A DNA stretch of 61,240 nt from Chloroflexota bacterium. GTDB taxonomy: Bacteria > Chloroflexota > Limnocylindria > Limnocylindrales > CSP1-4. The notes under the pieces are model-generated. The model ran no database searches and was not told the DNA's origin. It worked only from the letters and a program-made list of their open reading frames with translations. Location: NCBI GenBank assembly GCA_017881915.1, contig JADGQK010000006.1, positions 1 to 61,240 of the forward strand, read 5' to 3'. Both the position numbers and the translations under genes were made by a program. Shown here piece after piece: positions 1 to 9,186 of this stretch (the first letter of the stretch is position 1; each line of letters begins with the position of its first letter).

Positions 1-37
1 GCATCTCGCCAGCCTGGCATTAAGAGGAGAGCACGCC

Positions 38-229
38 ATGCAGGTTCCACGTCGTCAATTTCTGCAGCTGTCAGCCGGCGCTGCCGCGCTCGCCGTGTCG
101 CGCTTCGCTTGGGCGCAAGCCTATCCATCGCGACCGGTGCACCTGATCGTGCCATTTCCGCCTGGCGGCGGCGCGGAGATCAGTGCTCGCCTGATCGGTC
201 GATGGCTATCTGAGCGACTGGGCCAGCCA
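38..229 (+). pseudogene. N-terminal fragment of a Bug/TctC-family tripartite tricarboxylate transporter substrate-binding protein
   Basis: RBS AGGAG then [18 protein letters not shown]...[39 protein letters not shown] (Tat-like signal plus the classic Bug N-terminus); similarity ends abruptly at ~229. Confidence 0.75.
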
Positions 230-674
230 GGCAGTACGCCTGGTCCGGCTGGACGACGAAGGCGGCGGGATCGACCGGGCCGACGAGGGCGGCGGATTCT
301 CGATCATCTCGAGTGGCTCCCTGATGGCACTGGCCGGCGCCGCGGGGCTGGATCAGCCGCTCGATCCACGGCGGTTCCGAATGTCAGCCGTCGTGAGCGG
401 GATCGAGCCGTACGCCGAAGATGCCTGGCTCGGGCGGCGGGTCCAGCTCGGCGAGGTGGTCGTCGAGGTCCGCGGCAACGTCGGGCGGTGCGCCGTCACG
501 ACCCACGACCCGACCACGGGGCGGCGCAGCCTGGATACGCTGAAGCTCCTGGCCGAGACCCGTGGGGGCCTCGAGTCGACGGAAGCCTTGCCGTTCGGCG
601 TGTTTGCCGATGTCCTCGTCCCGGGCACGATCCGCCTGGGCGATGAGGTGACCGTCCAGGACGACGGATCCTAG
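228..674 (+). CDS. MOSC-domain protein, C-terminal part (5' end missing)
   Basis: Frame open from ~228: QAVRLVRL...[22 protein letters not shown]...[13 protein letters not shown]...[19 protein letters not shown], typical MOSC motifs. Confidence 0.8.
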   Translation, partial: QAVRLVRLDDEGGGIDRADEGGGFSIISSGSLMALAGAAGLDQPLDPRRFRMSAVVSGIEPYAEDAWLGRRVQLGEVVVEVRGNVGRCAVTTHDPTTGRRSLDTLKLLAETRGGLESTEALPFGVFADVLVPGTIRLGDEVTVQDDGS

Positions 675-2119
675 TGCGGGTGGCCGTGCTCGGCGGGGAC
701 GGCCGGCTGCTCGACTGACCGGCCGTTTGAACCTCGCTCGAGGGGGAGGCCGTGCGCGCTCCAGGCATCCATGCCGCCGGCGACCCAGCTCACCCGGCCG
801 AAACCGGCCGCGTCGAGGATCGAGGCGGCGACGCTGGCCCGGTAGCCGGCGGCGCAGATCGTGGCAATCGAGCGGTCGCGAGGCAGATCCTCGAGACGCC
901 CCAGCAGGTCGCCCGCGCCAACGTGCCAGGCGCCCGCCACATGGCCCGATTCGTACTCGCTGGCCTGGCGCACGTCGACGACGAGGGGTGCCTCCACGCC
1001 ACCGCGCTCGACCGCCTGGGCCAGCTCGTTGACCGTCAGCCGGCCGTTCGATTCGGTCGGCAGGCCGGCGCCGACCCAGGCGCCCAGGCCGCCCTCGAGG
1101 TAGCCCACGACCGACTCCTGGCCGATCCGCAGCGACTGCCGGATCGCGTCATCCCAGTCCCCGATCTCGGCCAGCACGAAGACGACCGGCCGATCGAGGT
1201 CCACCACCCAGCCGAGCCACGTGCCGAACGATGAGCCGGCCGGGATCGACAACGAGCCGGGGATGTGAGCCTGGGCAAACGCCCCGGGCTCACGCAGGTC
1301 CACGACCACGGCGCCCTGGCCTGCCCGGCCGCGCAGCTCGCCGAGCGAGACCGGCGTCGATGCCGGAATCCCACCCAGGATGCGCGGGCCGGCCTGGTTG
1401 ATCGTGCGCATCCGGGCGAAGTAGCGGGGTACGGCCGGCTGGCCGGCCAGGAGCAGCCGGGCGAACGTGTCGACATCGGCCGGCCGAAGGAGCGGGTTGT
1501 AGCGGCGCTCGAAGCCGATCGTCGAGCTCGGCGTCGAACCGATCCCGGTCGAGCACAGCGAGCCGGCGCCATGGGTCGGGAAGATGCCCACGAAGTCCTC
1601 GTTGGGCAGGATCGCGTCGTGGAGCGAGTGGAACATCGCCTCGGCATACGGGCGAGCGTTCGCCGCGCCGAGCAGGTCCGTCCGGCCGACCGCGCCGACG
1701 AGGAGCGAGCCGCCGGTGAACATCAGCACCGGCTCCTCGGCCCGGCTCGTGTCGGCGACCGTGTAGGCGACGTGCTCGGGGGTGTGCCCGGGCGTGTCGA
1801 GGACCCGGAATCTGAGCCCGCCCACCGAGCTGAAGTCGCCGTCGCGAACGGGGTGGTGCGCGTAGGCAAGCTCCGCTCCGGCCCCGATGACCACCTCCGC
1901 GCCCGTGGCGGCGGCCAGTTCCCGGGCACCCGAGACGTAATCGTTGTGGAGGTGCGTCTCGATCGCATGGCTGATCCGCAGGCCGCGCTCGCGGGCAGCA
2001 TCGACGTAGATGTCGACGTCGCGGCGCGCGTCGATCACGGCGGCCAGCCCGGCCTCCTCGTCGCCGATCAGGGTCGAGAGGTGGCCAAGCCCTTCGATCT
2101 GGAACTGCCGAATGAACAT
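671..2119 (-). CDS. MBL-fold persulfide dioxygenase / tandem rhodanese fusion (CstB-like)
   Basis: THLHNDY, TPGHTPEH, HGAGSLC motifs; two rhodanese domains, the last with CAAGYR active loop; ATG at 2119. Confidence 0.85.
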   Translation of the reverse strand: MFIRQFQIEGLGHLSTLIGDEEAGLAAVIDARRDVDIYVDAARERGLRISHAIETHLHNDYVSGARELAAATGAEVVIGAGAELAYAHHPVRDGDFSSVGGLRFRVLDTPGHTPEHVAYTVADTSRAEEPVLMFTGGSLLVGAVGRTDLLGAANARPYAEAMFHSLHDAILPNEDFVGIFPTHGAGSLCSTGIGSTPSSTIGFERRYNPLLRPADVDTFARLLLAGQPAVPRYFARMRTINQAGPRILGGIPASTPVSLGELRGRAGQGAVVVDLREPGAFAQAHIPGSLSIPAGSSFGTWLGWVVDLDRPVVFVLAEIGDWDDAIRQSLRIGQESVVGYLEGGLGAWVGAGLPTESNGRLTVNELAQAVERGGVEAPLVVDVRQASEYESGHVAGAWHVGAGDLLGRLEDLPRDRSIATICAAGYRASVAASILDAAGFGRVSWVAGGMDAWSAHGLPLERGSNGRSVEQPAVPAEHGHPH

Positions 2120-2192
2120 CTTCCGCACCGTAGCACGAGGAGGACCTCCGGCAGGGGGTGAATACCCGCGGGTGGCCGCCAGGCCCAGCGAG

Positions 2193-2942
2193 CTACATCA
2201 TCACCAGGCCGCCGTCGACGGCCAGCACCTGGCCGGTGATGTAGGCCGCCTCGTCCGACGCGAGGAAGGCCACGGCATTGGCAACCTCGTCGGCCGTGCC
2301 GAAGCGGCCGAGCGGCGTCGCGGCGGTGATCTGGGCGAGCAGCGCCTCAGGCAAATCCTGGGTCAGCTCGGTCAGGACGAAGCCCGGCGCCACCGCATTA
2401 GCCGTGATCCCGCGGCTGGCCAGCTCGCGCGCCGTGGCCTTGGTCAGGCCGATCAACCCCGCCTTGGCCGCCGAGTAGTTCGCCTGGCCGGTCTGGCCGG
2501 CCTGGCCGGAGACGCTCGTGATGTTGATGATCCGGCCACGCCTGGCCTTGAGCATCGACCGGGTGACCGCCTTCGTCGCGTAGAACGCCCCGAACAGGTT
2601 CGTCTCGAGGACCTCGCGCCACGCGTCGACGCTCATCCGCATGATCAGGTCGTCCCTGGTGATCCCGGCGTTGTTGACCAGGATGTCGACCTTGCCGTAT
2701 GCCTCGAGCGCGGCCTTGACCAGGCTCTCGGCCGCCGCCGGATCGGCGACGTCGCCCTGGTGGGCGATCGCCCGGCGACCGATGGCCTCGACCGCGGCCA
2801 CCGTGTCGGCCGCCGCCAGGGCGTTGCCGCGGAAGCTGAAGGCGATATCGGCACCCTGCCCGGCGAGCCGGAGGACGATCGCCCGCCCGATCCCGCGTGA
2901 GCCCCCGGTGACCACGGCGCAGCGGCCGGACAGATCGATCAT
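2193..2942 (-). CDS. fabG: 3-oxoacyl-ACP reductase
   Basis: TGGSRGIG, NNAGITRD, YSAAK motifs; ATG at 2942 after AGGAG. Confidence 0.95.
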   Translation of the reverse strand: MIDLSGRCAVVTGGSRGIGRAIVLRLAGQGADIAFSFRGNALAAADTVAAVEAIGRRAIAHQGDVADPAAAESLVKAALEAYGKVDILVNNAGITRDDLIMRMSVDAWREVLETNLFGAFYATKAVTRSMLKARRGRIINITSVSGQAGQTGQANYSAAKAGLIGLTKATARELASRGITANAVAPGFVLTELTQDLPEALLAQITAATPLGRFGTADEVANAVAFLASDEAAYITGQVLAVDGGLVMM

Positions 2943-2976
2943 GGCTGATCTCCTCGAGGAGCTGCCGGGTCGCCGC

Positions 2977-4176
2977 TCAGCGCGGCGTCGGGTGGGCCGC
3001 CGGTTCGGGTTCGCCGGGGACGACGTCGGACAGGTCGAGCGGGACGGGACCGGGTCGGGCAAGGATCTCGGCAAGGGCGTCAGGGATCGGGTCGACCGAG
3101 TCCCAATCGACCGGCGGGCGGACCCGGATCGAGTCCGGCGACACGGCTTCGCCGAGGGTGCCGCGGGCAGGATCTGCGGTCCACTCGATCGCCACCGCGC
3201 CGGAGGTGAAGCCCGCCCCGAAGGCAACGATGACGATCCGCCCGCCCTTCCTGATCCGGCCGCTGTTGGCCGCCTCGGCCAGGGCAATCGGGATCGAGGC
3301 GGCAGAGGTGTTGCCGTAGCGGTCAACGTTCACGAACATCCGGTCCATCGACAGGTCGAGGCCCCTGGCCACCGCCTCGATGATCCGCACGTTGGCCTGG
3401 TGGGGAATGATCAGGTCGATGTCGGCCAGTTGCAGGCCGGCGTGGTCGATCGCGGCCAGCGCCGTGCTGACCAGGGTCCGCGTCGCGAAACGGTATGTTT
3501 CGCGACCCTCCATCCGGATGTAGTGCTCGCCCCGGGCGATCGTTTCGGCCGACGGCGGGCTCTTCGAACCGCCTGACGGCAGCCAGATCATGTAGGCGCC
3601 CTGGGGTTCGGTGGTCAACTCGATTCCGAGGCCGCCGCCGGGCTCGTTGGACGCCGACAGGACCACCGCCCCGGCGCCGTCGCCGAACAGGATGCAGGTG
3701 TTGCGGTCCGTGTAGTCGAGGAAGCGCGTGAGCAGCTCCGCGCCGATCACGAGGACGTGACGGGCCATCCCGCTCGTGATGTAGGCCTGCGCCGTCGCAT
3801 AGCCGTAGACGAAGCCCGAGCAGGCGGCCGCGATGTCCATCGCCACGGCGCGGGTGTTGCCGATCGCCTCCTTGACGAGCGCGGCGGTGGCCGGCATCCA
3901 GTAGTCGGGTGTGAGCGTGGCGAGCAGGATCAGGTCGATCTCATCCGCGCCGATCCCGGCCACCGCGATGGCCCGTTTCGCGGCCACGGCCGCCATCGAG
4001 GCCGTGGTCTCGTGGGCCGCGGCGACCCGCCGCTCACGAATACCCGTCCGGCTCACGATCCACTCGTCGGACGTGTCGACCATCCGCTCGAGATCGGCGT
4101 TGGTCAGGACGCCGGCCGGGGCATACCGGCCCCAGCCGGTCAGGTGGGCGAAGCGGGGGCGCGAGTCCACGGTCAC
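2977..4176 (-). CDS. fabH: beta-ketoacyl-ACP synthase III with C-terminal extension
   Basis: AACSGF, PHQAN, GNTSAAS triad motifs. Confidence 0.95.
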   Translation of the reverse strand: MTVDSRPRFAHLTGWGRYAPAGVLTNADLERMVDTSDEWIVSRTGIRERRVAAAHETTASMAAVAAKRAIAVAGIGADEIDLILLATLTPDYWMPATAALVKEAIGNTRAVAMDIAAACSGFVYGYATAQAYITSGMARHVLVIGAELLTRFLDYTDRNTCILFGDGAGAVVLSASNEPGGGLGIELTTEPQGAYMIWLPSGGSKSPPSAETIARGEHYIRMEGRETYRFATRTLVSTALAAIDHAGLQLADIDLIIPHQANVRIIEAVARGLDLSMDRMFVNVDRYGNTSAASIPIALAEAANSGRIRKGGRIVIVAFGAGFTSGAVAIEWTADPARGTLGEAVSPDSIRVRPPVDWDSVDPIPDALAEILARPGPVPLDLSDVVPGEPEPAAHPTPR

Positions 4177-4730
4177 AGGGGCTCCACCTCGACGAGTGGC
4201 TGGCGAGCCTTGACCAGCTGGCCGCTCTCCGCGACCACCTTGACGACCCGTCCGGCCAGGTCCGACTTGATCTCATTGAACAGCTTCATCGCCTCGATCA
4301 GGCCGATCACCTGCCCGATCGCAACCTCGCCCCCGGCCTGGACGTAGGCTGCCGAGCCGGGAGCGGGCGAGGCATAGAAGATCCCGGTGAGCGGCGCCTT
4401 GACCGACGGGCGGGCGACGTTGGCACCTGTTCCAGCCGAGCCCCTGGCTCCGTCGGCCACGGGAGGCGCCACCTCGGCCGAGCCGGGATCGCCGGCCGAG
4501 GCGGAGAGCCGCAACGCGGCCGGCTTGCGCAGGACCAGGCCGGTCCCGCCAGCCTCCACTTCGAGCTCGGTCAGCTCGCTTCGTTCGAGCAGCGCAGCGA
4601 GCCGATCGACCAGGCCCAACAGCGATCGATCGGCGCCGGCCAGCTCGGTGGCCGCCGGTGTCGCCGACCCGGCTGGGGTCGCTGCGGGTCCGGCAGCGAC
4701 TGCCGTGTCCGGGGCGCGGTCGTCGGTCAT
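4173..4730 (-). CDS. accB: Biotin carboxyl carrier protein
   Basis: APLTGIFY and EAMKLFNEI biotinylation motif. Confidence 0.92.
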   Translation of the reverse strand: MTDDRAPDTAVAAGPAATPAGSATPAATELAGADRSLLGLVDRLAALLERSELTELEVEAGGTGLVLRKPAALRLSASAGDPGSAEVAPPVADGARGSAGTGANVARPSVKAPLTGIFYASPAPGSAAYVQAGGEVAIGQVIGLIEAMKLFNEIKSDLAGRVVKVVAESGQLVKARQPLVEVEPL

Positions 4731-5986
4731 CCCGCGTACCGGGTGAAGATCAGGGCCGTGTTCTGGCCACCGAATCCGAACGAGTTGCTGAGGGCCGTCC
4801 TGATCTCACGATGGCCCGCCACGAGGGGCGTCAGGTCGAGCCCTTCGGCCAGTGGGTCGGGGTCGGTCAGGTTGACCGTCGGTGGCACGATCCCGGTCCG
4901 GATCGACTGGATCGTGACCACGGCCTCGATCGCTCCGGCGGCGCCCAGGGTGTGGCCGAGCATCGACTTGTTGGCGGTCACCGCCACCTCCGGCGCCCGG
5001 TCGCCGAAGATCGTCCGGATGGCCATCAGCTCGGCCTTGTCGCCCTCCGGCGTCGAGGTTGCGTGGGCATTGAGGTGATCGATCGCGGCCGCCGTGAGGC
5101 CCGCCTTCTCGAGCGCTCGGCGAGCGGCGCGGACGGCGCCGCTGCCACCGGCGGCCGGCAGGGTCATGTGGGAGGCGTCTGCGGTCGCGCCGTAGCCGAC
5201 CAGCTCGGCCAGTGGTTCGGCACCACGAGCCTGGGCGTGCTCGAGCTCTTCGAGGACGAGGATCCCGCAGCCCTCGCCGATCACGAAGCCATCACGCCCG
5301 GCGTCGAACGGGCGCGAGGCCCCGGCCGGGTCGTCATTCCGGGTGGACAGGGCGCGCATCGCGCAGAAGCCGGCGACGAGCGCCTCCTGGACCCCGGCCT
5401 CGGCACCGCCGGCGACCATCACGTCAGCGTCACCACGCCGGATGATCTCCCACGACTCACCGATCGCGTGACCGCCGGTGGCGCAGGCCGACACGATCGC
5501 GAAGTTCGGCCCAAGGGCTCCGAACGTGATCGACAGCTGACCGGCTCCGACGTTCGGGATCGCCATCGGCACGAAGAATGGGCTGACCCGGTCGGGACCG
5601 CGGGTGGCGTTGATCGTGATCTGTTCGCACAGCGTGTTCACGCCGCCGAGCCCGGTCCCAAGGATGATCCCGGTCGCCTCAGCGAGGCTGCCTTCGAGGC
5701 GGCCCGGCAGCCCGGCCGAATCGAGAGCCTCGCGGGCCGCGACCAGGCCGAACTGGGTGTAGCGGTCCGCGCGGCGGATCTCCTTGCGGTCAAGGACATG
5801 GCTGGGGTCGAAGTCCAGCACCGAGGCGGCGATCTTCGAATCGGTCCGCTCAGGGTCGAACGAATCGATCCGGCGGACGCCTGAGCGGCCGGCCACGAGA
5901 CCGGTCCAGGTGGCCTCGACGCCGATCCCCACGGCCGACACGACGCCCATCCCGGTGACGACGACGCGGCGCTCGGACCGGCTCAC
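4727..5986 (-). CDS. fabF: beta-ketoacyl-ACP synthase II
   Basis: SACATG, NAHATST, GHTLGAAG, SNSFGFGG. Confidence 0.95.
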   Translation of the reverse strand: MSRSERRVVVTGMGVVSAVGIGVEATWTGLVAGRSGVRRIDSFDPERTDSKIAASVLDFDPSHVLDRKEIRRADRYTQFGLVAAREALDSAGLPGRLEGSLAEATGIILGTGLGGVNTLCEQITINATRGPDRVSPFFVPMAIPNVGAGQLSITFGALGPNFAIVSACATGGHAIGESWEIIRRGDADVMVAGGAEAGVQEALVAGFCAMRALSTRNDDPAGASRPFDAGRDGFVIGEGCGILVLEELEHAQARGAEPLAELVGYGATADASHMTLPAAGGSGAVRAARRALEKAGLTAAAIDHLNAHATSTPEGDKAELMAIRTIFGDRAPEVAVTANKSMLGHTLGAAGAIEAVVTIQSIRTGIVPPTVNLTDPDPLAEGLDLTPLVAGHREIRTALSNSFGFGGQNTALIFTRYAG

Positions 5987-6726
5987 CGGACGAGCTTCCC
6001 GGTGCGCACCGTGGCCGCCCGATAGACGTCACCGGGCAGGCCTCGAACCGACAGCGCGTTGCTCACTGCCAGGGCGTCGAACTCGGCCCGTCGGATCTCG
6101 CCGCCGACCTGCCCGGCATCGACATCGACCAGGGCCCATGACGCCGTCGGCTCGCCGTCGAAGACGTAGCCGGCGCTGCCGGCATTGACGATCAGCTTCC
6201 AGCCCAGGTCGCGGACCTCGGGCAGGTGGGTATGGCCGCAGCAGATGACCCGGGCATCGGTCCGCGCTGCCCGCTCGATCGTCACGTTCGGGTCGAGGGC
6301 ACCGTCGAAGCCCTCGGTCTGCGAGCCGGGCGAGGCGTGGGTCGCCAGGAGGAGCATCTCCCCGACCCGCAGCCGGCGTTCGGACGGCAGGCGGCGGAGC
6401 CAATCGATCCGCTCCTGGCCAAGCTCGTCATGGGCCCACTCGGCCGCGGATCGGATCGACTCGGGAACGCCATCCATCAGCGACGGGAAGGCCGCCGCGT
6501 AGTCGAAGTCGGCCACGGCGATGTCGGTATTGCCGGCCACGACGAGCGCGCCCTCGGATTCGAGCTCGCGGATCGCGTCAACGACACCGACCGGGTCGGG
6601 GCCGTTGAGGACGAGGTCGCCGCAGATCATCACGCCGTCGGGCTGTTCCTTCTTCAGCGCAGCCCGGACCGCCTCGAGCGCGAGAAGGTTGCCGTGGACG
6701 TCGCTGAGGACCGCGATCCGGGCCAT
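5983..6726 (-). CDS. Calcineurin-like metallophosphoesterase
   Basis: SDVHGN, GDLV, GNTD, HASP, GHTH, NAGS motifs. Confidence 0.9.
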   Translation of the reverse strand: MARIAVLSDVHGNLLALEAVRAALKKEQPDGVMICGDLVLNGPDPVGVVDAIRELESEGALVVAGNTDIAVADFDYAAAFPSLMDGVPESIRSAAEWAHDELGQERIDWLRRLPSERRLRVGEMLLLATHASPGSQTEGFDGALDPNVTIERAARTDARVICCGHTHLPEVRDLGWKLIVNAGSAGYVFDGEPTASWALVDVDAGQVGGEIRRAEFDALAVSNALSVRGLPGDVYRAATVRTGKLVR

Positions 6727-7235
6727 CAGCGCAGCACCGAGGCATCCGGGATGATGAAGCTGAGCGTGGCCTGGCAGGCGACCTCACCGTCCACGGTGGC
6801 CGTCCCCAGGCCGCGGCCGAAGCGTCGTCCGAGCTTGTCCATCGTGACCTCGAGTCGGAGGATGTCGCCCGGGCTGACGACGCGCTTGAAGCGGCAGTCG
6901 TCGATCCCGCCGAACAGGCCGATCCGGTCACCGAACCCGGGTTGCTTGGCCACGAAGACGGCCATCGTCTGGGCCAGCGCCTCCACCTGAAGCACGCCGG
7001 GCATCACCGGCAGCCCGGGAAAGTGGCCCTGGAAGAACCACTCCGTGGCCGTCACCGCCTTGATTCCGACGATCCGGCGGGCCGCCTCGTCGTACTCGAC
7101 GATCCGGTCGACAAGCAGGAACGGCCAACGATGCGGAATCAGTCCCTCGATCTCACGGATCGTATGGACGATGGCAGGCGAGGTTTCGGTCACGGGCGGC
7201 TCCATGGGACTGGCTTGGGGAAGTGTGCCGGGCAC
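6726..7235 (-). CDS. fabZ: 3-hydroxyacyl-ACP dehydratase
   Basis: IPHRWPFLLVDRI, FQGHFPG, PGVLQVEALAQ; exact start uncertain. Confidence 0.95.
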   Translation of the reverse strand: MPGTLPQASPMEPPVTETSPAIVHTIREIEGLIPHRWPFLLVDRIVEYDEAARRIVGIKAVTATEWFFQGHFPGLPVMPGVLQVEALAQTMAVFVAKQPGFGDRIGLFGGIDDCRFKRVVSPGDILRLEVTMDKLGRRFGRGLGTATVDGEVACQATLSFIIPDASVLR

Positions 7236-7279
7236 GCGTCGCCTCGTGCGGGGGATTCAGTGCAGGTCTGCAACGCGGC

Positions 7280-8647
7280 TCATCGTGCAGCTGCAGCCAG
7301 GAAGGCGGCCGAACCGACCCGGTCCACGAAGTTCGTGGTCATCTGCCCGGCCAGGAAGATCTCATTGCGGAGGAGGGCCTGGTGGATCGCGATATTCGTG
7401 ACGACGCCGTCGACCACCAGCTCGTCGAGGGCAACCAACGAACGGGCAATCGCAGTCGGACGGTCCGGTCCCCACACGATCACCTTGCCCAGGAGCGAGT
7501 CGTAGAACGATGGCACTTCGTAGCCGGTGAACAGATGGCTGTCAACCCGGACGCCCGGGCCGCCGGGGGCCACATAGCGCTCGACAACGCCAGTGCTCGG
7601 CCGGAAGTCGTGCCGGCTGTCCTCGGCATTGATCCGGAATTCCAGGGCATGGCCGCGCACGCTCACGTCAGCCTGGCTGAAGCCGAGGGGCTCCCCCGCT
7701 GCGATCCGGATCTGGGTCACGACGAGGTCGATCCCGGTCAGCATCTCGGTCACCGGGTGCTCGACCTGGATGCGGCAGTTGATCTCGATGAAATAGGCGT
7801 TGCCGACGGGATCGACGAGAAACTCGAGGGTACCCACGTTCTCGTAGCCGGCCGCGACGACGGCCTTGAGGGCCCGCTCTGCGAGCTCCTTCCGGGCGGC
7901 GTCGCCGAGAGCCGGCGTGGGGGCCTCCTCGAGAAACTTCTGGTGACGACGCTGGACGGAGCAGTCGCGCTCGCCCAGATGGACCCCGTGGCCGAACCGG
8001 TCGACCGCCACCTGGACCTCTACGTGGCGGTTGTCGTCGAGCCATTTCTCCAGGTACAGCGAGTCGTCGCCAAACGCCGCGCGGGCTTCCGAGCGGCAGA
8101 TCTTGAGGGCGGCCTCGAGCTCGCGCGGCGTGCGCACCATGCGCATGCCCTTGCCACCACCACCGGCCGACGGCTTGATCAGGACCGGATAACCGATCCG
8201 TTGCGCCTCTTCCAGCCCATGGAGGTCGTCGCGGAGCATCCCGTTCGAACCGGGGATCGTGGCCAGGCCGTGGGCGCCGAGCAGCCGGCGGGTCGCCTCC
8301 TTGCTGGCGAAGCGCTCGAGGACCTGGGGCGGTGGTCCAATGAACGTGAGGCGATGGGCGCGGACCACCTCGGCAAACCCTTCGTCCTCGGACAGGAAGC
8401 CGTAGCCGGGATGGATCGCGTCGCAGCCGGAGACGATCGCGGCGCTGATCACCGCCGGCGCCAGCAGATAGCTCCGCTTGGCATCGGCCGGGCCGATGCA
8501 AATCGCCTCGTCCGCCTGCTGCACCGCGAGGCTCTCGCGGTCGGCTTCGCTGTAGGCCACGACCGCCTCCACGCCAAGGGTCCGGCAGGCGCGCAGGATC
8601 CGGACGGCGATCTCGCCCCGGTTGGCGATCAGGATCTTCGAGAACAT
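7280..8647 (-). CDS. accC: Acetyl-CoA carboxylase biotin carboxylase subunit
   Basis: ANRGEIA, HPGYGFLSE, GGGGKGMR, ERDCSVQRRHQK. Confidence 0.95.
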   Translation of the reverse strand: MFSKILIANRGEIAVRILRACRTLGVEAVVAYSEADRESLAVQQADEAICIGPADAKRSYLLAPAVISAAIVSGCDAIHPGYGFLSEDEGFAEVVRAHRLTFIGPPPQVLERFASKEATRRLLGAHGLATIPGSNGMLRDDLHGLEEAQRIGYPVLIKPSAGGGGKGMRMVRTPRELEAALKICRSEARAAFGDDSLYLEKWLDDNRHVEVQVAVDRFGHGVHLGERDCSVQRRHQKFLEEAPTPALGDAARKELAERALKAVVAAGYENVGTLEFLVDPVGNAYFIEINCRIQVEHPVTEMLTGIDLVVTQIRIAAGEPLGFSQADVSVRGHALEFRINAEDSRHDFRPSTGVVERYVAPGGPGVRVDSHLFTGYEVPSFYDSLLGKVIVWGPDRPTAIARSLVALDELVVDGVVTNIAIHQALLRNEIFLAGQMTTNFVDRVGSAAFLAAAAR

Positions 8648-9183
8648 CAGGCGTCCCGCCCGGTTCGCTCGACCGGTGTCGAGATCAGCTCGATCCAGAC
8701 GAGCTGCTGGCCGTACTCGACCGCGTCGCCGCTCTCGACGAGCCCGGCGCCGACGATCCCGTTCACCGGCGCAACGACCTCCTGGGTGATGCCCAGCACA
8801 TCGACGCTGCCGATCCGGTCACCGGTTCGCACCCGCGACCCCGAGCTGATTTCGGGCCGCGGATGGAAGATCCCGACGGCCGGCGAGGTGGCTGCCAGGC
8901 GGTATGGACCGTGGGCCACATCGGCACCTGCCGAATGAGCGTGGTCGCCATGGCCGGCCTGGCCGGGTGCGGGTTTCGCGCCGCGCCCGGAGGGAGCCCT
9001 GGGGCCCGCCGTCGAAGCATCGGCCGACCGGCGGAGGCGAACCTTCCAGTCGCCCTCGCGTACCTCCAGCTCGGCCAGCCCGGTCGCGCCGAGCTTGGCA
9101 ATCAGCGCAGGCAGGAGCTCGTCGGCAAGCCCCTCGATCTGGGCGTGGTCGGTGAGGCGGGCGACCTCATCGCGGTTGGGCAC
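8647..9183 (-). CDS. BCCP-like biotinyl/lipoyl-domain protein lacking the biotinylated lysine
   Basis: BCCP architecture (LAELEVREG N-terminus, SPAVGIF, GDAVEYGQQL) but DVLG in place of EAMK. Confidence 0.8.
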   Translation of the reverse strand: MPNRDEVARLTDHAQIEGLADELLPALIAKLGATGLAELEVREGDWKVRLRRSADASTAGPRAPSGRGAKPAPGQAGHGDHAHSAGADVAHGPYRLAATSPAVGIFHPRPEISSGSRVRTGDRIGSVDVLGITQEVVAPVNGIVGAGLVESGDAVEYGQQLVWIELISTPVERTGRDA

Positions 9184-9186
9184 GGA

